From Candidatus Eiseniibacteriota bacterium (GTDB taxonomy: Bacteria > Eisenbacteria > RBG-16-71-46 > CAVPCR01), in NCBI GenBank assembly GCA_963823555.1, contig CAWGMA010000004.1, positions 448,001 to 512,000 on the forward strand: a stretch of DNA of 64,000 nucleotides, written 5' to 3'. This document shows, piece by piece, positions 27,861 through 36,125 of this stretch. How positions within the stretch are numbered: the stretch's first letter is position 1; every line of letters starts with the position of its first letter. Under the pieces are notes generated by a model. That model saw nothing but the letters and a program-made list of their open reading frames with translations, had not been told where the DNA came from and did not search any database. The position numbers were made by a program, and so were the translations under genes.

Positions 27861-28907
27861 TCATTGGACTTCGATCCAGGTTGCTCCGCGCGGCACGACC
27901 TCGCCGATGCGGGATGCCCGGGGCGCACCGCGTGCGGCGAGTGCGGCCTGGAATGTGCCTTCGCCGGCGGGGGGGAGGCTCACCAGGAGTCCACCTGAGG
28001 TCTGAGGGTCGAAGAGCAGACGCTGGTCCGGAGCATCTCCCAGCTGCACATGAGGGGCCAGCGCCGCGGCGTTGTCCTTGAGGCCGCCAGGGAACACGCC
28101 CTCCCGGAAGAGCTCCAGGGCTCGCGGCAAGGTGGGGATCGCCTCCCAGCGCAGCCGGAAGGAGACGTCCGATGCCCGGGCCATGCTCACTGCGTGGCCG
28201 AGGAGCCCGAAGCCGGTGATGTCGGTGGCCGCATGCGCTCCGGCCTCGACCATGGCCGCCCCGGCGTCCCGATTGAGGGTGCGCATGGTGCGAATGAGCA
28301 CCCCAGTGGTTTCCGCGTCGAGGCGCTCGCGCTTGATCGCGGTGGAGAGGATGCCGGTCCCGAGCGGCTTGGTGAGCAGGAGCACGTCGCCGGGACGGGC
28401 TCCCCGGTTGCGCACGATGCGCTCCGGATGGATGCGGCCGGTGACGGCGAAACCGAACTTGAACTCGTTGTCCTTGACCGTGTGCCCGCCGAGGAGAGCC
28501 ACCCCTGCTGCCATGAGCACTTCCTGTGCGCCCAGCATGGTCTCGACCAGCACCTCGAGCGGCAGCCTGGTGTTGGGGAAGCAGACGACGGCGAGGGCCG
28601 TGGCCGGTTCTCCACCCATGGCATAGCAGTCGCTCAGGGCATTGGCCGCGGCCACGGCGCCGAAATCGCGCGGATCATCGACGATGGGGGTGAAGAAGTC
28701 GATGGTCTGGACAAGCGCCAGCTCGTCCGACACGCGGAACACCCCGGCATCGTCCCAGGTCTCGGTGCCCACCAGCACATCCGGATTGGGTGGGGGCGTC
28801 GGCATCCGGGTGAGGATACGGGCTAGATCCTCCAGCCCGAGCTTGGACGCTCAGCCGGCGCACTCGACCATGGCGGTCAGTTTCTGCTGGATATCGTCGC
28901 GGGTCAT
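27861..28907 (-). CDS. selD: Selenide, water dikinase with in-frame UGA (selenocysteine, codon 19)
   Basis: ATG 28907 reads MTRDDIQQKLTAMVECAG-UGA-ASKLG in frame into DDAGV, TIDFFTP, ANALSD, GGHT, DITGFGLLGH, DPQTSGGLL; the ORF track starts after the UGA. Confidence 0.93.
28819..28839 (-). promoter_or_regulatory. Putative bacterial SECIS stem-loop
   Basis: mRNA CGGGCUGG-AGGAU-CUAGCCCG begins 11 nt after the UGA at 28851-28853. Confidence 0.7.
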
Positions 28908-28986
28908 CGCCCGCAGAGCCTAGGCGGCCCGAGGCGGGGTCGCAAGAGGCATTACTGCCCCTCCCTCCGGGTCCGCCGCGCCAGCG

Positions 28987-29877
28987 CTACCGATACAGGT
29001 TCTTGATCGCGCCCCAGGTCGTCGGTCCGACCTGATCCCAGCAATCGGCAAACAGCGGCTGGGAGCAGGTCACGTCCTGGATGGTCTCGAGATCGACCCA
29101 CTCCTGGGTTTCGATGCTGAGCGGGAATCCGGCGGCGATGAGGGTGGATTCGGCCTCCCCGGGTGGTGCGAAACGGACCACGTGATACCACGCGCAGAGG
29201 TTGGCGGCACGCTCGTAGAACGCGCGGTCTTCCGGTGTCGGCGCCGCGGTCGCGAGGACCGCGAACAACCCGATGCGGTAACGCCAGGCGGATTCCAGGT
29301 CTCGCGCCGGTTCCCCCGTGTAGGCGGCGAGCCGCGCGTAGTAGAGAGGATCGCGGAGCAGCTCGATGTAGTCGCGCGCGTGGAGCGGAATCCACTCGAA
29401 CTCGTCACCGAAGGCGTAGGCCCCCGGCACCGGACCCTGGGACCCTTGCCCGTAAGTCTGCCAGTTCCATTGCCGGCAGGTCTCGATCGCGATGTGAACG
29501 CGATCCAGGCTCCACAGCACGTTCACCCAGCGGCGCTCCCCCTCCCGGTAGATGATCGCGCACGATCCGTTGCATTCGTCGCAGCCCTCCCAGCGCAGCG
29601 GGCACCAGTCCTGATTCGGATCGCCGCAGAAGACGCGGAGCAGCATGTTGGCCGGCACGTAGGCGAAGGGGAGGCACTGGTCGCAACCACCAAAGGGGTG
29701 GGGTCCGAAGGGCGGGCATTCCTCACGCTGGCGCACGAGGACCGAGTGTTCGTAGACCACGGTGCCCCAGGAATGGGCGATCCCGATGTCGGTGGCGAGC
29801 AGCAGTGTCGAGATGAGGACGGCGAGACAGGGGGGCCAGAGGGTGGAGAAAGCGGGCCGGGCGGCGAGCCGATGCAT
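28987..29877 (-). CDS. Secreted Cys-rich hypothetical protein with C-terminal TTWGAIKNLYR tail
   Basis: AAGGAGG RBS before ATG 29877; signal peptide; many Cys; terminal motif. Confidence 0.75.
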   Translation of the reverse strand: MHRLAARPAFSTLWPPCLAVLISTLLLATDIGIAHSWGTVVYEHSVLVRQREECPPFGPHPFGGCDQCLPFAYVPANMLLRVFCGDPNQDWCPLRWEGCDECNGSCAIIYREGERRWVNVLWSLDRVHIAIETCRQWNWQTYGQGSQGPVPGAYAFGDEFEWIPLHARDYIELLRDPLYYARLAAYTGEPARDLESAWRYRIGLFAVLATAAPTPEDRAFYERAANLCAWYHVVRFAPPGEAESTLIAAGFPLSIETQEWVDLETIQDVTCSQPLFADCWDQVGPTTWGAIKNLYR

Positions 29878-30005
29878 GGCGCCTCCTTGTCGCGGGTGAC
29901 TCGGGGTCGCCTTGTCTCTTACGAGCAACGTTGAGGTCGGTGGGGCGTCCTTTGCCCCCGCGTTGCTTGCAGGACTCGTGCCAGTCGCGGGAAACCCGTC
30001 TTCGA

Positions 30006-30950
30006 TCAGGGCTCGCTGGCTCCGGAGGGTTCGGTGTGGATGACGACGTCGGTCACCGTCGGGAACCGGGCGCGCAGCGCGGTCTCGACATCGTGGGTGA
30101 GCTCGTGCGCCGTGGCCACGGTCATCTCGGAATCGACGTGGATGTGCAGGTCGACGAGCACGTGGCCGCCGGCTACCCGGCTCCGCACCGCATGGCAGTC
30201 GACGACCCCGGGCAGGGAGAGCGCGACCTTGATCACTTCCTGCGGATCGAGCTCGGCCGCGTCGAGAAGGGAGTGGAAGGAGCGGCGGAAGATCTGCCAG
30301 GCCGTATGTCCGATGAGGACACAGACGACCCCGGCTGCGGCGAGGTCCGCGCTGGGATATCCCATCTTGACCCCGATGAATCCCGCCAGCACGCCCAGTG
30401 TGGCGAAGACATCGCCGAGCGTGTGACGCGAGTCGGCGATCAGGATCTCGCTTCCCAGCCGCTTCCCGACCCGGGCCTCGTAGGCGGTGACCGCCAGGTT
30501 GACGACCAGGGTACCCCCCGCGACCACGAATCCCAGGGCATCGATTCGTGGCTCCGAGAGACCACGTACCGCATCGATCATGTTGCGTGCCACCTCGATC
30601 AGACCGGCGGTGACCGAGATCCCGATGATGAGTGCGGCGATGCTCTCGACCTTGCGGTGGCCGTACGGATGCTCGGCATCGGCCGGGTGGCTGGCCACCC
30701 AGAGTGCCACCAGGCCGACCACGTTGGATCCGGAATCGAACAGGGAGTGGATGCCGTCGGCCCGGATCGCCACCGAACCGCTGATCATGCCGTAGACGAG
30801 CTTGGCGAGGGCGACGGCGAGATTGAGCCAGAGAATGATCCAGAGCACGCGACGCACGTCGCGATCAGTGCCGCGGGGTGAGGCCGGGTATCCGGGATGG
30901 CCGAGCGGGGAGGCCGATGCGGTCCCGGTGGCACTCGGCATGCGTTCCAT
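30006..30950 (-). CDS. Cation diffusion facilitator (FieF-like) transporter (alternative start 31049)
   Basis: ADGIHSLFD, HPYGHRKVE, ADSRHTLGD, DLHIHVD, AHE, IHTEP. Confidence 0.93.
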   Translation of the reverse strand: MERMPSATGTASASPLGHPGYPASPRGTDRDVRRVLWIILWLNLAVALAKLVYGMISGSVAIRADGIHSLFDSGSNVVGLVALWVASHPADAEHPYGHRKVESIAALIIGISVTAGLIEVARNMIDAVRGLSEPRIDALGFVVAGGTLVVNLAVTAYEARVGKRLGSEILIADSRHTLGDVFATLGVLAGFIGVKMGYPSADLAAAGVVCVLIGHTAWQIFRRSFHSLLDAAELDPQEVIKVALSLPGVVDCHAVRSRVAGGHVLVDLHIHVDSEMTVATAHELTHDVETALRARFPTVTDVVIHTEPSGASEP

Positions 30951-31045
30951 GGCCGCCCATCCTACGCCTGGTGAGCGTCGGGTGCCAGCCCGGGTGAGGG
31001 GTGGGCCGAGCTGGAGATCATCGAGCCGTTGCCTGGCATTCCCGC

Positions 31046-32587
31046 TCATGGATTCCGTTCGGTTGCGCGGATGAGGAGCACCCAGTCTCCTCCTTGCGGG
31101 GCGGTGAATGCGGAGTACTGCCTGCGGGTCTCCTCGGCCGGGGAGAATGTTCCGGTCCGCGGGTCGTACCATTCAGCCGTCCGCGGCAAGGGAAGGTGGC
31201 GCGGATCGAGCCCGATCTCGCCGCCTTCCCGCAGATAGGCGATGAGGACCTCGCCGGGCCTCGCGAGCACGGTGGTTGTCGCCCCAGCCGGGCCCACCGC
31301 GAGGCCGTGCCCGGGGGCCATCGTCCATGGCTCGATGGTGCGGGCGGTCAGGAAGCGCGCCAGGAACTCCAGGTCACGGCCGGGTTCCAGAAGCGGCGTA
31401 TCCGTCCACGGCGGCTCGAAGACGTTCTCCAGGATGATGTACATGCCAGCGCCCGAGGTGAACGCGGTCCACGCGGCCCGCCGCTGGTAGTCCTGGTAGT
31501 CGGCGGCCTCGTATACCTGGCCGACATCGCAGTCATATCCCACGAAGCTCCTCCGCGGCGCCAGCGTCGTGAGATCCTCGTTCATCCGGGTCAGATCGTA
31601 GCGTCCTGGCACCGGGCCGTTACCCTCGTATGGAGCGTGGATGGTGATGCCCTGGTAGCCCGGGACATCGATGCCGTACTGAGGGTAGATGGTGGTGTTC
31701 AACAGGACGACGGCGCCCGGAACCCGCTCACGGATCGTGTCGCGGACCCAGTTCATCCACTGGCGTGCTCGGCTGTTGTCCAGGCCGCGGTACTCGAACA
31801 TCTCGTTGACCGGTTGGTAGATGACGTTCTGGTGTCGGGACGTGATGTCCAGATAGCGGGAGAGGATCGCCTCCTGGACCGCCCGCATGGATCCCCGTGG
31901 ATCGAAGAAGTCCCGGCGCGCCGCCGACTGTGTCCGCCAGTCGTTGCCGCCGGCGGCTGGTCCGTTGACGCTGTTGCCGCGGTGCCAGAAGTTGTTGATG
32001 AAGCACCCATGGTGAGGCGGATCCGGTGTGCACTTGCGGTCGCCGCCGCCGAAGGGGCCCGACACGCCGAACAGCTCGCTGACGACGATGAGACCGCGGG
32101 AATCGGCTGCGCTCAGGAACGCTGCGAAGTTGTCCCAGAAGCGCGGATCGAACCGGGTCAGGTCGAAGCGCCCGCCACCATCGGCTGCGATCCTGCCGCC
32201 GCCCGTGCGCGCGTAGGGCATGGGGGTCGCCGGTGAGCCATGGTTCTGGATCCAGCCATCGGCGATGGCGAGCGCGCGCACGGTGTTGAGTCCGTGATCC
32301 GTGGCGTAGTCGAGGACACGCCGCCAGTCGCCTTGCTCGGGAGTCATGAAGCGATAGCTGCCGATGGCGAAGACGGGATTGCCGTGAACGTCGGTGAGGT
32401 AGCGCGGGTTCAGCGCATACGGCCGCACACCGCTCAGAGGAGCAGGATCGGCGGGCTGAGCCTTCGGCGCGCACTGGAAGAGGGTGGCGCTAGCGATGAA
32501 CACCACGAGGAACGTCACGATCCTCCGTCCGAAGAGCTCCATGGTGCTTCCGGTGGGGGGTCTCGCGGTCGGTTCTTCGAGTTTCAT
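31046..32587 (-). CDS. Exported GH5-like/DUF4038-type TIM-barrel protein with C-terminal beta domain
   Basis: N-terminal hydrophobic segment; NPRYLTD...G, FDLTRFDPRFW, YQPVNE; C-terminal EWYDPRTG...GDWVL. Confidence 0.6.
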   Translation of the reverse strand: MKLEEPTARPPTGSTMELFGRRIVTFLVVFIASATLFQCAPKAQPADPAPLSGVRPYALNPRYLTDVHGNPVFAIGSYRFMTPEQGDWRRVLDYATDHGLNTVRALAIADGWIQNHGSPATPMPYARTGGGRIAADGGGRFDLTRFDPRFWDNFAAFLSAADSRGLIVVSELFGVSGPFGGGDRKCTPDPPHHGCFINNFWHRGNSVNGPAAGGNDWRTQSAARRDFFDPRGSMRAVQEAILSRYLDITSRHQNVIYQPVNEMFEYRGLDNSRARQWMNWVRDTIRERVPGAVVLLNTTIYPQYGIDVPGYQGITIHAPYEGNGPVPGRYDLTRMNEDLTTLAPRRSFVGYDCDVGQVYEAADYQDYQRRAAWTAFTSGAGMYIILENVFEPPWTDTPLLEPGRDLEFLARFLTARTIEPWTMAPGHGLAVGPAGATTTVLARPGEVLIAYLREGGEIGLDPRHLPLPRTAEWYDPRTGTFSPAEETRRQYSAFTAPQGGDWVLLIRATERNP

Positions 32588-32611
32588 GATGGCCTCTCGA
32601 GGCCGGCCCGC

Positions 32612-33430
32612 TCAGAGGCGATGCGCGCCCAGGAAGCGTTCGATGGCGGCGTTCACGGTCTCCGGTTGCTCGAGCGGCGCCAGGTGGCCAGCCCCCGGAA
32701 TCTCGACCAGATCCGCGTTGGGGATGGCCGCGGCCATTTCCCGAGCCAGCTTTGGCGGCGTCACGTTGTCATCGCTGCCGACGAGGATGAGCGTGGGGCA
32801 GGAGATGGCGGCCAGCATCGGCCTGACATCGGGACGCGCGGCCATGCCTTCGAGCGCGCCGACGACACCATCGGTCGATGTGCCGAGGATCATTTCCCGG
32901 GTGAGCTCGATCGTGGCCGGGTCCACCTGGCGGCCGCCGACGAGGCGATCGAGCAGCTGATCGGCGATCGCCGCCACGCCATCGCGGCGCACGCGGGCAG
33001 ACTGGTCGGCGCGCGCCCCCCGCACCTCAGGAGTGTCGGCTCCGGCCTGGGTGTCGAGGAGCATGAGGGCGCGGAGCCTCTCGGGGTAGCGCAGAGCGAA
33101 GGCCAGGGCCACGTAGCCACCCATCGACAGGCCGGCGAGCACGACCTGGTCGAGAGCGAAGTGGTCCATGATCTGCCTGAGGTCCTCGGCCAGGCGCACC
33201 ATCGAGTAGGGAGGCGGCCCGGGCTCGCTCTCTCCGTGCCCGCGGAGATCGGGGAGAAGGAGCCGGCGCGGAGCGAGTCCAGACTGCTGGCCCCGCCACA
33301 TCCGGCGGTCGAACGGGAAGCCGTGCACCAGAAGGAGTGGAACCCCGGGTCCGCGCCGTTCCTCGACGGCGATCTCCGCATCGCCGATGGCGAGCCGGTG
33401 CACGATCGCGCTCCCGTTCGGTGAGGTCAT
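32612..33430 (-). CDS. Alpha/beta fold hydrolase
   Basis: HGFP, DLRGHG, nucleophile GLSMGG, GSDD, AGHL. Confidence 0.92.
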   Translation of the reverse strand: MTSPNGSAIVHRLAIGDAEIAVEERRGPGVPLLLVHGFPFDRRMWRGQQSGLAPRRLLLPDLRGHGESEPGPPPYSMVRLAEDLRQIMDHFALDQVVLAGLSMGGYVALAFALRYPERLRALMLLDTQAGADTPEVRGARADQSARVRRDGVAAIADQLLDRLVGGRQVDPATIELTREMILGTSTDGVVGALEGMAARPDVRPMLAAISCPTLILVGSDDNVTPPKLAREMAAAIPNADLVEIPGAGHLAPLEQPETVNAAIERFLGAHRL

Positions 33431-33448
33431 GGCGCCTCCCATTCGGGA

Positions 33449-33808
33449 TCAGATCCGCTCGATCGCCGCCGGCAACAAGACGAGCACCACGCAGCCATCA
33501 CGGCTCGCCGGACGATGGGCCGATCCCGGTGGATAATACACGTAGTCGCCGCTCTCGTAGGTGTGGTCGCCGTCCTCGAGCGTGCCGGAGAGGACGAAGT
33601 ACTCCTCGCCTCCCGGATGGCGGTGTGCTGCGTAGTCGGCGCCTGGAGCGAAGCGAAGAAGCAGGGTGAGACCGCCTCCCTCGGGGTGCCGGCGCAAGAC
33701 CTTGTAATCGACTCCCGACACATCGGGAAAGGAGCGCCAGGGGATACCATCGGTGTCGACATGGATGAAACCTGGGGCCCGGTTTCCGGTGCGCATGGGT
33801 TCGGTCAT
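33449..33808 (-). CDS. ChrR-like cupin domain protein
   Basis: HRHPGGEEYFVLSG...GDYVYYPPGSAH. Confidence 0.88.
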   Translation of the reverse strand: MTEPMRTGNRAPGFIHVDTDGIPWRSFPDVSGVDYKVLRRHPEGGGLTLLLRFAPGADYAAHRHPGGEEYFVLSGTLEDGDHTYESGDYVYYPPGSAHRPASRDGCVVLVLLPAAIERI

Positions 33809-34011
33809 GGCTCATGCCTCCTGGAGCGATGAGGAGCGAGCGTAACACAGAGGGAGGGCGGGCAAAGACGGCGGGGACGGCCGCTCGGGCTCACGCTTCC
33901 CTGCTTGCTCCATCCGGCCAGGAAGGCGACAATGCATCGCGTCGATCCGGTCGGGTCGAGCCCTCTCCGGCCGGCGAGCCAAGACTCCCGCCCCACGCAA
34001 GGAGACTGCGC

Positions 34012-35352
34012 ATGGAGCGCGAAGATCTCGAGTCGGTGCTCGATGATATTCGCTATCTCGCCGAGCACGAGGACGTCTCGAAGGTCCTCACCGTGCTCCT
34101 CGGCGCCCACCCCGCCGATGTCGCCGATATTGTGCGGCACCTGCCGGAGGATCTGGGACGCTATGTCTTCGGTCTCCTCGACGACGAACGCGCGTCCGAT
34201 GTCCTGCTCGAGCTCGACGACTTCTCCCGGGAGCGGCTCGCCGCCGGCCTCGATCGCGAGCGTCTGTCCGCGCTCATCGACGTCATGGATTCCGATGACG
34301 CGGCTGATGTCGTGTCCGATCTTCCGCCCAATGTCGCCGAGTCGGTTCTCGAGACGATACCCGCCGAGGATTCGGCCGAAGTCCGGGAGCTCCTCCAGCA
34401 CGAGGAGGACACGGCCGGCGGGCTCATGCAGCTCGAGCTCGTGGCGGTCCCGCAAGGGAGCACGGTCGACGAGGCCATTCGCGATGTGCGGCGGCACGCC
34501 GGGACCATCGAGCGCATCTACGATCTCTACGTCATCGACGAGGCCGGGCGCCTGCGTGGCGTGCTCTCCCTCGATCGGCTCCTGGCCGCTGCCGGCAATG
34601 TGCGCGTCGACACCATCATGGATCCCGACGCCATCGTGGTGAAGGCCGGAGTGGATCAGGAGGAAGTGGCCAAGCTCTTCAAGCGCTACGATCTCATCGC
34701 CCTTCCAGTCGTCGACGAGGAGGACAAGCTCGTCGGTCGGATCACCGTCGACGATGTCATCGATGTCGTGGTCGACGAGGCCTCCGAGGACATGCGCCGC
34801 CTGGCCGGTGTCGGAGAGGAGGAGTACCGGGAGACATCGCCCTTCCGCATCTCTCGCGCGCGCTTGCCGTGGCTTCTTCTCGGGCTCACGGGGGGGGTGG
34901 GATCGGCGGCGCTGCTCTCTCGCTTCGAGGGGTCGCTCGCTCGCAACCTGCCGCTTGCCTTCTTCGTGCCCGTGGTGACCGCGATGGGCGGCAACATCGG
35001 GATCCAGTCATCCGCGATCGTGATCAGCGGTCTGGCGAGCGGCGAGATCAGCTTGCGCGATTCGGGCCGCCGGATCCTGCAGGAACTGCGCGTGGGGCTC
35101 GTGAATGCGGTCGTGCTGGGGCTGGCCATCGCGCTCGTCGCGTCGCCCTGGCAGGGAACCGACATCGGAATGGTGGTGACCGCCGCCCTGGTCACCGTCA
35201 TTCTCTCGGCCTCCTTCATCGGATCGACGGTGCCTCTGGTCCTGCACCGATTGGGGCTCGATCCGAGCCTCGCCACCGGTCCTTTCATCACCGCCTCCAA
35301 CGATGTCTTCGGCCTCGTCGTCTATATGACCATCGCCGGGGTCCTGCGATGA
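34012..35352 (+). CDS. mgtE: Magnesium transporter MgtE
   Basis: AAGGAG RBS; HPADVAD, TAGGLM, CBS pair, RLPWL, MGGNIGIQ, GPFIT. Confidence 0.96.
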   Translation: MEREDLESVLDDIRYLAEHEDVSKVLTVLLGAHPADVADIVRHLPEDLGRYVFGLLDDERASDVLLELDDFSRERLAAGLDRERLSALIDVMDSDDAADVVSDLPPNVAESVLETIPAEDSAEVRELLQHEEDTAGGLMQLELVAVPQGSTVDEAIRDVRRHAGTIERIYDLYVIDEAGRLRGVLSLDRLLAAAGNVRVDTIMDPDAIVVKAGVDQEEVAKLFKRYDLIALPVVDEEDKLVGRITVDDVIDVVVDEASEDMRRLAGVGEEEYRETSPFRISRARLPWLLLGLTGGVGSAALLSRFEGSLARNLPLAFFVPVVTAMGGNIGIQSSAIVISGLASGEISLRDSGRRILQELRVGLVNAVVLGLAIALVASPWQGTDIGMVVTAALVTVILSASFIGSTVPLVLHRLGLDPSLATGPFITASNDVFGLVVYMTIAGVLR

Positions 35353-36125
35353 AGCTCGCTACCTGGAACGTGAACTCGATCCGGGCCCGCCGCGAGCGGG
35401 TCCTCGACTGGATCCGTGCCAACGAGCCCGATGTGCTCTGCCTGCAGGAGCTGAAGACCGAGGAGCGGGATTTCCCGCGCGAGGACTTCCGCGCACTCGG
35501 TTATGAGGCTGCGGTCCACGCGCAGCGCACCTACAATGGCGTGGCCATACTCTCCCGCTCGCCGCTTGCGGATATCGAGCGCGGGTTCGGCGACGGTGGC
35601 GATGAATCGCAGGCACGTTTCGTCGCGGCGACGACGGCTGGTGGCATCCGGGTCATGTCGGTGTACGTGCCGAACGGCGAGGCGGTCGGTTCCGAGAAGT
35701 TCGCCTACAAGCTCGCCTGGTGCGAGCGGCTCGTGGCCTACCTTGCTGGGCGCCTCACTCCCGATGCGCCCGGTGCCGTGTGTGGCGACTTCAATGTGGC
35801 CCCAGCCGAGATCGATGTCCACGACCCGGCCTCGTGGCAGGGCCATGTGCTGTTCTCTGCGGAGGAGCGGGCGGCCTTCCGGCGGATCATCGACTGCGGA
35901 CTGGTCGACATTGTGCGCCAGCTGAATCCCCGGGAGCCGATGTACTCCTGGTGGGACTACCGGCAGCTCGCCTTCCCGAAGAACCGCGGGCTCAGGATCG
36001 ATCACCTGCTATTGACACCGGCGCTCGCTCGGCGCGCCGCAGCGGCGCATGTCGACCGCAATGCGCGCAAGGGCAAGCTGCCGAGCGACCACGCCCCGGT
36101 CGTGGTCGAGGTCGCCGCCGCCTAG
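35349..36125 (+). CDS. xth: Exodeoxyribonuclease III
   Basis: MKLATWNVNS, LQELK, YVPNG, GDFN, GLRIDH, SDHAP; ATGA overlap with mgtE. Confidence 0.96.
   Translation: MKLATWNVNSIRARRERVLDWIRANEPDVLCLQELKTEERDFPREDFRALGYEAAVHAQRTYNGVAILSRSPLADIERGFGDGGDESQARFVAATTAGGIRVMSVYVPNGEAVGSEKFAYKLAWCERLVAYLAGRLTPDAPGAVCGDFNVAPAEIDVHDPASWQGHVLFSAEERAAFRRIIDCGLVDIVRQLNPREPMYSWWDYRQLAFPKNRGLRIDHLLLTPALARRAAAAHVDRNARKGKLPSDHAPVVVEVAAA

Noticed and set aside
26333..28907. selD-decarboxylase adjacency as a selenometabolite biosynthetic cluster
   Set aside because: No SenA/SenB-type or other selenium-utilising genes nearby; adjacency alone is insufficient
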